A stretch of 64,000 bases of DNA from positions 25,606,001 through 25,670,000 of the forward strand of contig OX597823.1 of NCBI GenBank assembly GCA_951406725.2, read 5' to 3'. The number at the start of each line of letters is the position of its first letter. Position 1 is the first letter of the stretch. The notes beneath the pieces were generated by a model, which saw only the letters and a program-made list of their open reading frames with translations, made no database searches and was not told the origin of the DNA. The stretch is from Octopus vulgaris (taxonomy: Eukaryota). Of this stretch, positions 1 through 13,500 are shown piece by piece. The position numbers and the translations under genes are program-made.

Positions 1-645
1 ACCCTTCAATCTCCAGGGCACTCTGCCAATCCTTACTCTGGCCACACGTTTGCCACAGTAAGTAGGCAGTAGTACCCACTCTGATGACCCCAACGCCACA
101 GTAGAGTGGTTTATCGCGTCCTGAACCTAACCTCCACTGCGCCGCACCTCTTCCTTCTGGTATAGAATGTCGTAAGGCCTTTTATCTCCTTCAAAGTCTC
201 TTCAAATGCTTCCATCGTCGTCATTTCAATCCTTTTCGTTTCCGTGGACAGCATTTTGTATACCACTGTCCGTCTGATTACATTCGCTGTCAATTCTGGC
301 AGTGGGTCAACCTCAGGCTGGTACCTTCCTTCTCAATAAGCTTGTTGAACTGCTTCAACTTCTTTTCTTCCGATTTTACTTCTCTCACCTGTTGTACATC
401 TACAGTTAAGCTTCTTCCGGTTGCTGCCGCATAGCTGCCAGCTGGAACTGGTTCGCTTTCCATCTTCACCACTTCACCCCAAAATTGGGAAGAAAACAAA
501 TGTAACAGCCAAAACTAACAGTAATGAATAATTCAATATCTCAACAATTAGGTCAAACAATCAGCCCTTCCTTCCCTTTCAGGAGACATTCAACAAACAG
601 TGTAACTCACGGGATCAAAAAATGATTAACTCGAACAGAATACAA
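1..645 (-). mobile_element. 5' UTR and ORF1 start of an L1/Tx1-type LINE in intron 7 of copy A (sense orientation)
   Basis: ORFs 290-499 and 111-293 (SYAAATG...KQFNKLIEKEG; RRKRCGAVEVRF) are homologous by eye to ORF1 at 33143-33864 (SFSVAVG...FQFRKLIEKTG; RGVRSATIEAHF). Confidence 0.75.
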
Positions 646-649
646 TACC

Positions 650-1136
650 GCGCGCTAACGATTCTGCCAGCTCGCCGCCTTATAATGCTGTAAATAATAC
701 TTACATCAAAGCAGCGAAATGCGTAGCTGTATTTCGTCTGCCGTTACGTTCTGAGTTCAAATTCCGTCGAGGTCGACTTTGCCTTTCATCCTTTCGGGGT
801 CGATAAATTAAGTACCAGTTACGCACTGGGGTCGATGTAATCGACTTAATCCCTTTGTCTGTCCTTGTTTGTTCCCTCTATGTTTAACCCCTTGTGGGTA
901 ATAAAGAAACAGATATTTCAGCTGTCTTTACGTTCTGAGTTCAAATTCCGCCGAGATCGACTTTACCTTTTATCCTTTCGGGGTCGATAAATTAAGTACC
1001 AGTTGCGTACTGGGGTCTATGTAATCGACTAGCCCTCTCCCCCAAAATTTCACGCTTTGTGCCTATAGTAGAAAGGATTATTTACAGTATTATAGGCGCC
1101 GAGCTGGCTGAATCGTTAGCGCCTAGAGTAGAAAAG
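650..1136 (+). mobile_element. Cluster of tRNA-derived SINEs (two tandem bodies plus inverted head fragments)
   Basis: B-box gagttcaaattcc and core gcctttcatcctttcggggtcgataaattaagtaccag occur twice (about 750-830 and 935-1020); 654-698 is the inverse of 1077-1122. Confidence 0.85.
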
Positions 1137-1148
1137 AATAATACTTAC

Positions 1149-1282
1149 ATCTTTAAGATGATACCAAAGGAAAACTTCTTGAAATGCGTATGGTAGTGTA
1201 AGAACTACAAGAAGAATAAAGTTGTTGAAGATCTCCCAAGAATAAGTGAATCTTGACACTGAAGGCATTTCTTCTTTTTTAC
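1149..1282 (-). CDS. SLC18B1: SLC18B1-like copy A, coding exon 7 (SKKEEMPSVSRFTYSWEIF...AFQEVFLWYHLKD); gene continues beyond the window start
   Basis: Acceptor atatttag, donor GAT|GTAAGT; 134 nt, phase 1 to 0; central loop plus TM7; keeps the frame open (816 nt over 7 exons). Confidence 0.75.
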
Positions 1283-1599
1283 CTAAATATGAAGAAAAAA
1301 TATAACTTGTCCAAAGAAGTGGATTTGCAAAACTTTTATTATCGGACGAAATATTTTGCTGTATTTCTTCCGGTTCTTTACTATCTAAGTTCAAATCTTG
1401 CCGGTACTAACTTTCATTTTCATCACTTCAGTAGTTTGACACAATGCAATATCAATCAAGTACTGGAGTGTATTTGATCGACTAACCCTTGACCGAAAAT
1501 CTTTGGCTTTGTGCCTATATAAGACACTTAGTAACATGGAATCAGTAACTAGTCTCTGATGAATCTTTGACAAAAGCTGAAATCAATCATATCGATCTC

Positions 1600-2260
1600 A
1601 CGTCAATGATAATGAAATACCACCACTTCCATAGTTTCAGGTGCATGGAAAGTGAATTATAAGCAGAAACAAGCGCAGTTTTCTGCCCTCTCCTTGTTGA
1701 AGTGTTGCGTAATCATTCATGGACTTCATTAATTGATGGGTGAGACATCCTGGAGCCACAGATAGTGAACCTTTCATTAAAGCAGTGGAGGTACCACATA
1801 TGTACAACAATGAAATATTGTCGTTTCCACAGCTTCAGGCACACAGAAGGTATTGTATAGGCAAGAGTAATTGTGATTCTCTGGTCTTCAGCATGGATGT
1901 GTCTCTTGTTGAAGTGCTCTATGGCTGAAATTACTGACTTCATTGACATCCAAAGTATGAACATGACAACTTTTGGTACCTGTTTCAGTTTTATTCTTTA
2001 TTTCTGTCCCTTTAATTTATATATTTATTATTTATTGGCAGTTGTCAGGTCATCGTCGAATTTGACGGTATAGTTATCATAGATAGTTGTAGATGTGTAA
2101 ACAGTATTAGTTCGTCATACCTACAAGTTCCACACGAACGGTATTAACGTGCGTAGAAGTGATTCTAAACAGAATGTTACAGGGCCCATCTATTGTTAAC
2201 AAGCAGTCCATAGGGTACCTTAAATGCTGTATCAGATGATACACTAACACTCACTGAGGT
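1600..2260 (-). mobile_element. Degenerate Tc1-like transposase remnant
   Basis: Minus-strand peptides HAEDQRITI...NERFTICGSRMSHP...LWKWWY loosely resemble Tc1 HTH and linker regions; many stops. Confidence 0.35.
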
Positions 2261-2502
2261 TAACCAACATGAAATCAACTTGACTGGTATTGGGAAAATA
2301 GAGAACAAATGTGGTCACCGTTTGCTTACTGAAAATAATGATGAATAAATACTAATTTACAATAATTAACAAGGGTTGATTAATTTTTAAGAAATGAAAA
2401 TATGTAATCAATATGCATTATACATTATACTGCTGTATTAAATCATATATTATATTATATTACATTATATTATATTATATTATATTATATTATATTATAT
2501 TA

Positions 2503-2780
2503 GGCGCAGGAGTGGTTGCGTGATAAGAAGCCTGCTTCCTAACCACATCGATCCGGGTTCAGTACTCCTGCGTGGCAACTTAGGCAATTACCTTCTACTA
2601 TTGCCTCGGGCCGACCGAAGCCTTGTGAGTGGATTTGGAAGACGGAAACTGAAAGAATCTCCTTGACAACCGATGTTGGTGTGCTTACGTCCCTGTAACT
2701 TAGCGATTCGGCAAAGAGACCGATAGAATAAGTACTAGGCTTACAAAGAATAAGTCCTGGGGTCAATTTGCTCAACTAAA
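2503..2780 (+). mobile_element. tRNA-derived SINE (ggcgcaggagtgg... family)
   Basis: A/B-box-like head; same family as copies at 41530, 46840 and 57984; preceded by an (ATT/ATAT) repeat. Confidence 0.85.
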
Positions 2781-3215
2781 AGGCTTGTAGCATAAAATCT
2801 TGATGCTGCACAAAATGACACCAGCTCATACGTCATTTTTTATCCCTAACATTTTGGACGACGCTTATTTCCCTACTACCCTATTTTACAGATCTGGTCA
2901 CTTAGGATTTTTTTTATCTTCAAAATTTAAAATTTATTCTGAACGGTTGCTGATTTCAATTATTAAGAACCATCGAAAAATATTCACTACAAGAACTTCA
3001 AACCACCTCTAAAAATACATTGCAAACTGGAAAAAACGCTAGGGTCCTTGTATCCACAGTGTATGGAACTATTTTGTAGGAGTCAAGTTTCATTGAATTG
3101 CAAGTAAAACGAATTGATTTTCCAAAAAGTTTACGTTTTATTTTTCGAATGAAGACATATTATATTAAAATTATAATGTATCTTGTTAAATTATATTACA
3201 TTATAAAACACTTAC

Positions 3216-3306
3216 TCGAGCTCCTTCTTAGAAGGTATATATCGCATGGTAAACAAATGGCAAGCAGTGCACCATATATCAGATAAGGTAAATCGAATCC
3301 ACCAAG
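3216..3306 (-). CDS. SLC18B1: SLC18B1-like copy A, coding exon 6 (LGGFDLPYLIYGALLAICLPCDIYLLRRSS)
   Basis: Acceptor tctttttcag, donor A|GTAAGT; 91 nt, phase 0 to 1; GGFxLP motif typical of SLC18 TM6. Confidence 0.88.
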
Positions 3307-4791
3307 CTGAAAAAGATTTAATACAATTATGGTTTACTCTGTTGTGGCGATTTAATATTGTTTATTGCTATTAGCGATGTATTGTTACCAAAAACTTGGT
3401 CCTTGGACTCCTCTTTAACACGTTATATTCGAAAATATCTGATTTTTTTTTTTTTTGCATATGCAGAGAAACAAATTCATGGGAACGGAACAGACTTTTG
3501 AAGTAGCGTAAGTAAATGCTTGGTTTTTGTAATATATTTTGTCGGCTCTGGAACGATGAGAAATGAATGTCGATTCATTCCAGTAATATAAACATAAATG
3601 GATGAATCTAAAAGCCGTAAGATATCAATTTCGGTGCTCTGTCATTTCTGCCACTCTACATGCTTTAATAACATCCATAACCTCACACCTAGATTTGGTT
3701 CAGCAGTAACTAGGCATCCCCTACTACAGCCAGTCTGAAGTAACCATCACATTCTACTTTATGTTATTTTCTTCAATCTTGTCCTTTCATAGCCTATCTT
3801 TTATTTTATTTATAATATACATATTACGTATTATTGTATTTTATCATACCATCTCGTATCCTATCCTATCCTATCTTATCTATCTTGCATTATCTGATCT
3901 TATTACAACTCTTCAATAAAAATTCTTTGATTTACTATGGTCACTTTAGTACTTAAAAAGTTGTCTTGTGTCTAAAGAGGAGACCAAAATTAGTTTTTCA
4001 AGATACAGACGAGATGGTCGAAGGTATAAGCATTGGGTTATCTTCTCGTGGATCATATGTTCAAATTATAGAGTTTATGTGCCACCTAGAAATAGACGAC
4101 ACAAACTATATAAATCTATAACAAACTCATATCTTCATCTTGAGAACTAGAGCACATTTCTAAACGACTTACAATGTTTATGAATGGACAGCCATCCTTT
4201 TCCGTTGTGTAAACAATAAAAATAACTTGATCAAATATCGTTATCGCCTCGGCTCACCTAGTCGTTCGAATGTGTTAGATACTATGAAATCAATAGTAAA
4301 TATTATCTTAGATAGATCGGCTTCCTTTTCAAAGAAAAGTTATCTGTCATCTTCTGTACCCATAGTCAAGGAACAGGCATGAAAAACGTTAAACCACTAA
4401 GCCCAGATTTAGGGGATATTTATACTTATAGGAAACAGAAGGTGAGAGATATTTGCATTACTGATGTAAACTCACACCCACGGACTTAGTAGATGTCCGA
4501 ATTATTGAATTAATTCCTCTCAGTCAGGTATATGAAGAGGCTTACTTAATCCTTGATAGTGGTGTCAGCAGCCATTCAGCAAACAATATCCCACAGCCAT
4601 TGTAGCAGCAGACACAGTTCAGCTGTGATACAACGGCTTGTATCAACTGTGCAATGACAGTCAGTAGCGCAACAAATTATAAACCAACATCTTTTACAGA
4701 TTCACTACGTTTTCAAGATCTGTTGCTTGAAACGAACTGTAAAGACTATCTATGATCCGGGAACTTCAATTTCATTATTTTTCCACCTTCA

Positions 4792-4992
4792 GGTGGCAAG
4801 CTGGCTGAATCGTTAGCAGACAGGGCAAAATGCTTAGCAGCATTTCCTTCGTCTTTATGTTCTGAGTTCAATTTTTGCCGAGTTTGACTTTGCCTTCCAT
4901 ACGTTCGGAGTAGATAAAATAAGTACCAGCTGAGAACTGGGGTAGATGTAATCGACTTACCCCCACCTCAAAATTTCAGTAGAGAAGATTAT
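4792..4992 (+). mobile_element. tRNA-derived SINE (ggtggcaagctggctgaatcgttagc family)
   Basis: Same head and core as 700-1100 and 57340-57515. Confidence 0.8.
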
Positions 4993-5946
4993 TTTTTCGC
5001 CTTGAATCCATTGAAAGTACCTATTAACTGGATTGTAACACATGTATATACTCTTTATATACGTACACTAAAAACTTGCATAGCCATACATTTATTGTGT
5101 ATACACACTTACATGAACGCACTTTCGTTTACATTTGATGATTCATTTGCATGTACACACACACAACTGTATATACACTCCATCAACGCTTCTTGTAAAT
5201 AGTTATAGCCATTTCTATTTCTGAACATTTCACTTAATTTCAAGTAATATTTTTTGACAGTGAAATTGAAACACCATTTGTATCATAGACTTTATATCTT
5301 GCCGATTAGATGTGTCATAATTTAATTTATTGGCAATTAAAGAATATATATTCCTATTCCGTTTTTATTATTGTATGTAACCATCTTTATAAATCCAGTT
5401 TTGGGGTGGAGTCTATATTTTTCACACTGTATAATCCTTTCCTGATACAAAGGTCAATATTTACGATCTTTAATTCCAGTTTAGAGATAAAGAGATAAAA
5501 AGTAAAAAATCCTACTAGATACGACTAAATTATTTCAGGTAACTATTCTCACGTGAAGAATTAACCTCAACTGCAAGCCTCATTAAAATAATGATGGTGT
5601 TTACAGCTGTGAACTATGTTTCTTGAAGGGCCTCTTAAATGAATTCAAATGACTCAGATGTTGAAATTGAACTCAGTGCAATGCTTGTGACAGAAACAAG
5701 TGAGGCGACATGCTAGAAATAGCTGCCTTCTCCCTCAAATTTTACCCTGCTTTCATAAAAACAAAATATACGTTGGGTAATACTGTCCTGTGTACGCTAA
5801 GTCTGAAAACGGTTCTGTCTGGAACTTCGTTAACCATACATTTGTTTAACTGCAGCTAAACGTCAGCTAGTTACCCGACACATCTCACATGGTTTCATTC
5901 TCTCGCAGCAAAAATTCAATGAAGATAATTATGTAATCATACTTAC

Positions 5947-6015
5947 ATCATAAAGCATTCCTCCAAATAGGGGGCTAGTTGAGTAACCAAGCCCAATTGC
6001 ACTCAAAAACAAACC
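5947..6015 (-). CDS. SLC18B1: SLC18B1-like copy A, coding exon 5 (GLFLSAIGLGYSTSPLFGGMLYD)
   Basis: Acceptor ttatttcag, donor GAT|GTAAGT; 69 nt; antiporter motif-C-like GLG..xPxxGGxLY. Confidence 0.88.
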
Positions 6016-8215
6016 CTGAAATAACATTTAAACACAATAGCTGTGGAACTTCAGAAGATACTAATCTGTTTTTGTAAGAAAATTATGTTTTGAAATATTT
6101 TCTTAAAAGTAAGAATCTTTACTTACATGTAACATTCTCAAAACTTACACAATCTCTTAATTGTCTCATTCCGTAAAGAATGATATAATCTCAAATGCAT
6201 TATTCTCTAAAATGTATCCGTACTATAAAATACGATATTCCTTAAAATTTCAGTTTTTAAAAATGGCAGTAAATTGACAAAACAATGAATAAGTGGTATA
6301 TTGGGGAAATATATTTAGTTTTACAATAATATGTATTGAACATAATGTATTTGACAACCTGTACAAGGATCATAGGACCAAATCCATGGCTGGCGTTCCA
6401 TTGTGATTCAGACTAGCATCTTTTATTCTATTAAGCATTAATTCACTTAGGAAACGGATCATTGGCTTGTAAATTTTTAAACTAGTGTTCCCTTGCTTCT
6501 ATTCCAGACTGGACCCCATTTGCTTGGAGCTTGCATTGCCAATAAAATATTTCTGGCTGTTTCCTAACTTACTGTAACGTTCAAGTCACTATTGTCGTCG
6601 TTTATTTATACACAAACCTATATCTACACATAATTTCTGGAATATGAAACACATACTACATCCCAACTCAAACTTTATAAGCGAGTGTGTGTCTGCGCTC
6701 GTATATATCCGATGGTGTTTGAGTGGTTATAAAATTGTCTATGATTTACATGTGTTATGAAGAGATATTATAAAGTGCTAATTGGTCATTTTGACATAAT
6801 CTTTATGATGGCCTAATCTATTTGATGTAATGAATAACATAATAGCCTGGCAAGTGATAGATATGTAAATCAGCTCCCGAGATGCAACCAATTCGCTTTT
6901 TTCTGTATGGGACCGTAATTTGAAATATCTATATATTAATACGCTAAGGACGAAATGCGTTACGCTGTCACGTGATTAGTTGAAGGAAAAGGAGTAGAGC
7001 GAGAAAGAAAAAGAGGGAGAGGGAAGTGTTCATGATGCGAAGTAGGAGGAACGTAATATTTATTACGGGGTTAAAAAGCTTTCTGAAGGTAGTGATGTAG
7101 AGAAAGAGAGTCAGTAACACAAAGTTTAGCAGAATGAGGTTCTAGTGGTGCAGTTAAAGAAAGACAAAGAGGGAGAGAGGAAGAGAAAAAGTGGAGAGTG
7201 TAAGGGAGAAAGAGTAGAGGTGTTTTGCCAGCCGATGCATTAAGCTGTCATGTGGTCAGTGCAAATGAGAGATGAAAATAAAGAGAAAGAGAGAGATGAA
7301 AAAGACGTGAAGAGGGGAATGATATGGCTAGAATGTTTAAAATTTGAGGTAGAGAGAGAAAAAAAAGAGAGCTGGGGAGAGAGAAGGAGGGAAAGAGAGA
7401 GAGAGAGATAAAATGTTAAAAGGAAAATTTTAAACATCATATATTATTGTGACTTATTACATCGTTGGGTGGACTGAAAAAGGAATAATAATAATAACCT
7501 TATCATAGTAAAATAGATTTTTTCAATGAAAGTGAAATAACTTAGCAAAATAAGCGTAGATGTTATTTTTCGTTTCTTTTCTTTTGTCGCTTTTTGTTCT
7601 TTAAAGAGAAGTAGATATAAACAAAGAACTGAAATAAAATGAAACTATCGTGGATGGCAAACAACTTAGATTGAGCTATGTTATTGAAAGTTATAATGAT
7701 GATGGTGGAGGTGATGGTGATGATCATTGTGGTGATGATGATGATGGTGGTGAGTGGATAGCGAAATGTGCAGTCTTTTTTTATTTTTTTATATCGCCTC
7801 TCCTCATATATTTACTGTCTGCTTGCTTGAAAATATGTATTTGTTTATAAAATATGGATGACAACAGAAAGATTAAAACGGTATAGGCAATGATATAAAG
7901 AGAAACAGAGGTTCGAATCACTAAAACAAGCACGGGAGCATCAGTGTGTTGAAGGGAAAATATGAATCAAAGAGTATTGAGTGAGTATTTACAAGAAATA
8001 AGGGAACGAGTTCAAGATAGAATATAAAATATAAATGAACGAGAACGTCAAAAAACTGTAAACATATGGTGACATGAATATTCTCTGTAATCATTGTGAA
8101 GCTATTGGATTTATAAATTAACCTCTGAACTGCTGAGAGAAAAGAGAAAGAGAGAGAGAAGGAGAGAACCTGGAATGAGACGAAGATAAAGAAGTATGTG
8201 TTTAGTTATACTCAC

Positions 8216-8375
8216 AAATAAACAACTAACATCATCTGGGAATTCAGTGGCGAAAAATATCATAACTGTGGTATTGAGTGTACCACAACCCAAAGATTCT
8301 AAAGCTCTCACAATGAAACTTAGTATGATGAACACCATATTATAAGAACCCTGCTTAGGGATGTATTTAAGCAAT
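8216..8375 (-). CDS. SLC18B1: SLC18B1-like copy A, coding exon 4 (LLKYIPKQGSYNMVFIILSFIVRALESLG...FATEFPDDVSCLF)
   Basis: Acceptor tctctctcatcag, donor TTT|GTGAGT; 160 nt, phase 2 to 0; MFS motif-B-like VRALESLG and FPDDV. Confidence 0.9.
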
Positions 8376-8621
8376 CTGATGAGAGAGAAGAGAAATATAC
8401 AAATATTAATAATGGTTTCTACCAACAGTGCAAGGCTACCCATTTTCATGGTGAGAACAGTCGATAACAGGAAACTCAAATTTTGTCAGTAAGAAAACAA
8501 TAAAAGCAAATGAAATAGTAATAAATATAAAAATGATTATATTTTTGTCATGAGGAAAAGAAAAATTATCAATGTTTTGGATTTATGCTCTTTTTGCTTT
8601 TTAGTTTACCCAGTGTCACCC

Positions 8622-9500
8622 CAGGGCCAGATTTATAAGGGGTGTGGAGGGGGTAATTGCTCCGGGTATTGGGGACCCCTGCTAGGAAAGGTATGTAACA
8701 CTCAATACAGGAAGCCCTCACCACTACCGCCTTCCAGCGTTCAGGCTTGCTGAGTCACACTCGTTATACAAAGGTATCTTGACTTCTTAAAAGATGTAAT
8801 GGATTCTCTTTTATGATAAATACCCATAGATTTTTTCCACTTTAGAGATACCAAATAATTCAGTTAAAAAACAATTTATTGCCAAAGCACTTACAAATCC
8901 CAAGAAAATTGTAGCTGCTTTTGGGACAGCTGAGAAAAGGGAAACAACAGGACACTCATGAAAATGTATGTATGTATCTGAGGTAGCTAATAAAATATCT
9001 GGATAATTGTTGGCGAAGAAGCTATGGTGAAGAAGCTATAAAAAATATTTCACGTTGAGATTTTAGATTTAGTTGAGTTTCATTCATTTCATAGTATGTG
9101 ATAATTTTCCATAATCTTCTTACATTTGATCAAGATATTTTAAATTTTGTTGCTTTTCTGATGTGTAAGGATGGATGTGTAGGTGTATGACTCTTTTTTT
9201 AAAAATCAATTCTAGACAGCTGGAAAGGCAGATTTACCTTGTCTTGTCTTACCTATTTTGCCCCGCCTAAATTTGTCTTTTATATGCTCAAAAAGAAGAG
9301 CGATAATTTTCTGAAAGTGTTTAGAGAAGATTTTTACTTCTCTGATATAGTTCTGGCTAGGTAGTGAACATGTGTAAAAGAAAAATCTTTTTTTCAAAAT
9401 CAAAAATGCAGTAAATATTACTCATTGTGCCCCACTTACTCTTACTGGAAACTGGAAAAGTAGACTTTCAGAAATACCTGTTTGAATTTCCCCGTTTTTT

Positions 9501-9560
<60 letters not shown>

Positions 9561-10007
9561 TCTTTCTCTTTCTCTATCACACACACACAAGTATACACAC
9601 ACATCATGGAACAGCAACAATCACAAAATTTTTTTTTTTTTTGCTTCATAATTTTCTGTCAGTTTATCTTAATCTATATTCTGGAATATATGTAACTCAC
9701 ATTAAAAGACAAAAAAAACTCTTACTTCACTCTTCTTTCCTTCATTGTACTTTTCACAATGAAGGAAAAAATCAAATACCGCAAGTGGATGTGTGAAAAA
9801 CGAAATTTGAATTTTGAAAAAGTATATCTATAAAGCAAAATTTTCAGTCATTTATTTAAACTTTCTCTGGTAACTCATCAAATTCAATTATTGGAAATAG
9901 ATGGGTTTTGAGATTTAAATTTAGTAATTTTCTGAGATTATAAGTCTTGGGTATAAGTGACCCACTGAACTTGAAGTGCTCCCCACCCCAGTTTAAATCC
10001 GGTCCTG
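8622..10007. mobile_element. Non-autonomous hAT-like DNA transposon
   Basis: TIR-like ends cagggccagattta (8622) and taaatccggtcctg (ending 10007); the TSD is degenerate. Confidence 0.5.
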
Positions 10008-10089
10008 GACTCCCTTTCTGCTTTGCAGCTTCAGGAACATTGACATTATTTTCGATTGCGTACATCTTTTAGTATCAACAACTGTTTAT

Positions 10090-10560
10090 ATTTTCTCTAA
10101 TTCTTCCTCGTTTTTTTTTTCATCACAATCATTTAATCACTCCTGGTGCATACAAACATGCATACATTCATAGTACTTGACCGTCCTACCCATACTTACT
10201 CACTCATACTAAGACATACTCTGACTCTGCCGCTATTTACTAATCTTTTAGCACCTGTCCGAAATTTCTGCCCACGATCTATCTCCACCATCCTAAAAAA
10301 CTAAATACATATCTATCTTCCTTCCATCATCCATTATTATCAAGACTCCTTGCCTTTTCTCTTCTTTTTGTCTTGATAATAATGGATGATGGAAGGAAGA
10401 TAGATATGTATTTAGTTTCTCTTCTTTGCCTTTTCTCTTCTTTTTGTCTTGATAAAGAGTCTATGGCCAAAACGTTGGAAATTTCGCTTTTCCTTGTAAT
10501 AGATGCATTGCGCTATTTATTAATTTTTTTTACTTCTTATTTTGATTACTTGTCGATGTG
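10090..10560 (+). repeat. PLE-type pseudo-LTR fragment with local inverted and direct duplication
   Basis: About 48-bp inverted arms at 10298-10346 and 10370-10417; direct repeat gccttttctcttctttttgtcttgataa at about 10351 and 10428; degenerate hammerhead-like ttgataa...aaaacgtt at 10449-10476. Confidence 0.55.
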
Positions 10561-11201
10561 GCCCCCACAACAGATTCTTCAGATTTGGACTTTAACTCAT
10601 CTTGGTAAATATGAGCTCAATGTAAAAGATAGATAGCCAAATACCACATAAGATGCTGTCTGATATGCCACTGATCCTATCAATGCACTGACCTTCGTAA
10701 TAATGATACTAATAATAATTATAACATATAACATTGACACAAGGCCACATATTTACTGAATCGACTTACTTAACTGGTATCTATGTCATCAAGATGTAAA
10801 AGATCAATGGCAGTCGTTGATCTTGGTTGAACTTGAACTTTGAACATAAAGAGATTAGTTAGATACAGCTCTGCTAACTCTGAAATCTTAATAATTGTAA
10901 TGATAGTATGTCTACAAAGAAACACAATCAGCAGCTTCTTAGACACAATGGCTTTTCAGAGTAGATTCATAAATTAGCCAAGTATATGAACCTGAAAATG
11001 AGCCTTTGAAACAATATTATAGATATGACAGATGAAATCATGATGCAAATCATACACCAAACTTGACCCAATAAAGCATTCATACGGGATTTACCAGTAT
11101 TATATTTCATTCAGTATCAATCTCATAAGTAACTTTACAAATTACGCAAAAATACCAAACTATACGACAATATGAAAAAATTCTGAACAAATCTCACTTA
11201 C

Positions 11202-11275
11202 CCAAAAAAAATTGTGTTAATGGCAGAAGACCCGATTGCAACATATATGATATGTTTTAATTCAAAATGATAGAC
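11202..11275 (-). CDS. SLC18B1: SLC18B1-like copy A, coding exon 3 (VYHFELKHIIYVAIGSSAINTIFFG)
   Basis: Acceptor tttcttacag, donor GG|GTAAGT; 74 nt, phase 0 to 2; ends TIFFG like the family TILFG. Confidence 0.85.
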
Positions 11276-11339
11276 CTGTAAGAAATAAACAGAGAACACT
11301 TAGTTTCAATTGCGAATGAGTCCTGTTTGTTGACATATT

Positions 11340-11596
11340 TTAAAAAAGATCCCATCCCCTTCAAATGAAACTTGGACAAATTTCTTCAAGGAATGCCAGA
11401 TACGCTGCGTATATCTCTATGTGCGTCTATGTTTAGTTAGTGTGTGGGGTGGGATGCCTGTAATATTTATTTCTCCTGTTTATATACGTTGGTGTAATTT
11501 GTTTTTGTTTTTGTTTATTCTTATTTTGTTCATGTGTTTACACCCACTTATTATTATTATTATCATTATCTTTATTATTATTATTATGTATGTATG

Positions 11597-11664
<68 letters not shown>

Positions 11665-12100
11665 TAATAAATGTATCTAGTTATTTACTTCCATTTGTTT
11701 ATTCATCTGTGTATTTTATTTTATTATGTTTTCAGTTTTGTTTATATTGTAACCAGTTTATGGGGATCTTCTTCTGTCATATGTTGTGGTGTGTGCTAGT
11801 GTTCCATTCCAGTTCCCTATTCAGGCTAGGTTTATCTTCTATTATGTGTGTAGCTTCCGTAATTTGTCTGATTGTTGCGTCTGTTCTATGTGTGGACAAG
11901 ATTTTAACTTCTATGTTGTTGATGGAGCCTCCGTGTTCCTGCCGATGAGCTCTTTCCTTCCTGAAGTTTTCTCCAATGTTCATTTACCCGCTCTCCTATG
12001 GTCCGTGCCGCTTCCCCTACGTATGTTGTTGTCTTGTTACTGCATCGTCCCTCTATACATCTTATACTATAGACTATATTTCTGGCTTTACACAACAAAA
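11340..12100 (-). mobile_element. Penelope-like element 3' fragment (GIY-YIG endonuclease)
   Basis: NIVYSIRC...TYVGEAARTIGERVNEH...RQITEATHI..KPSLN (ORFs 11904-12206 and 11777-11983, frameshifted). Confidence 0.85.
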
Positions 12101-12235
12101 CCAACAACCACAACAGAGGGAATAGCAGGGACCAACAAACAGACATAAGAACCAACACTAATACGAACAACACATACACCAGAAACATGAACAATGAGAA
12201 TATCACTAGCGATAATCAGAATGATAGCAATAATG

Positions 12236-12315
<80 letters not shown>

Positions 12316-12418
12316 GGTGGTGGTGGTGGTGGTGGTGGTGGTGGTGGTGGTGGTGGTGGTGGTGGTGGTGGTGGTGGTGGTGGTTGTGGTGGTGGTTGTG
12401 GTGGTGGTAGTGGTGATA
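12236..12418 (+). repeat. Compound (AGT)n-(GGT)n microsatellite
   Basis: Directly visible; source of the homopolymer ORFs. Confidence 0.95.
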
Positions 12419-12434
12419 GTTTTGTAAATAAGTA

Positions 12435-13229
12435 AATATAAGTAAATAAATGGAGTTGAACGCATGTGTTTTCAAATTCTTTTACTTTCGACATGTTTCG
12501 AAGACAACATTGGCCCTATTCCAAAGGAATAAACGGTGCGAAGCAATGCAATCTTCTCATCAGGAAGAAAGAGAACCCATCTCAAGAACAAGACATTATA
12601 ACAATTTTGATGACTGCATAAATGATAAACAGAACGCTATTAAGTATTTAAAAAAAACCGTTAGTAGATCTGACGTCAAAGGCAGACCCTAGGAAGAGAA
12701 GGGTAAAGAAATAATAAGTAGAAAACAAATGAAGAGTGATATATCTGAGGATCACCTTGTTAACACAGTTATACAGCGATCTTACAAATGTAAGCACTGG
12801 CAGAAACATACCTTTAGCTCATATAAGTGATTTATATCAGTCTGTATAGTTAGAACGTTTAGTTCACCTTGCACTTTACTTCAAAAGAGAAATCTACATC
12901 CAAGCCTTTGAACATTTTTTCAACCAATATATCCCTCTTTATTTGTTCTCTACTTATTATTTTTTACCCCTTCTCTTCCTGGGGTCTGCTTTTGACATCA
13001 AATCTACTAACGGTTTTTTTTTTAAATACTTAATAGCGTTCTGTTTATCATTTATGCAGTCATCAAAATTGTTATAATGTCTTGTTGTTGAGATGGGTTC
13101 TCTTTCTTTCCTGATGAGAAGATTGCATTGTTTTGCACCGTTTATTCCTTTGAAATAGGGCCAATGTTGTCTTTGAAACATATATCGAAAGTAAACACCT
13201 GCGTTCAACTCCATTTATTTACTTATATT
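12435..13229. repeat. Long foldback / MITE-like element (about 300-bp inverted arms, about 180-bp spacer)
   Basis: 12435-12744 is the near-identical reverse complement of 12928-13229; mirrored ORFs 12450+ and 12957-. Confidence 0.9.
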
Positions 13230-13372
13230 ATACAAATTACTGCACATTAACCCGGAGTTTCTACCTTTGAATAGGTCGCTACATCCTTGTTACTTTCGTG
13301 AATTTTGCTACTCTGGTAACTGTTTATTGAATTTTCCATTTTAACTGTAAACAAAGGATAATTCATTCATTG

Positions 13373-13430
<58 letters not shown>

Positions 13431-13431
13431 G

Positions 13432-13497
<66 letters not shown>

Positions 13498-13500
<3 letters not shown>

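Noticed and set aside
4546-4646. AG...GTAAG-bounded open segment as a possible extra transporter exon
   Set aside because: No family similarity; exons 5 and 6 already join in phase, and including it would shift the frame.
12088-12494. Poly-T/S/G/V/H/P ORFs
   Set aside because: Artefacts of the (AGT)n(GGT)n microsatellite; the same applies to the YVCM, HTYI, ERER and IYIY ORFs elsewhere.
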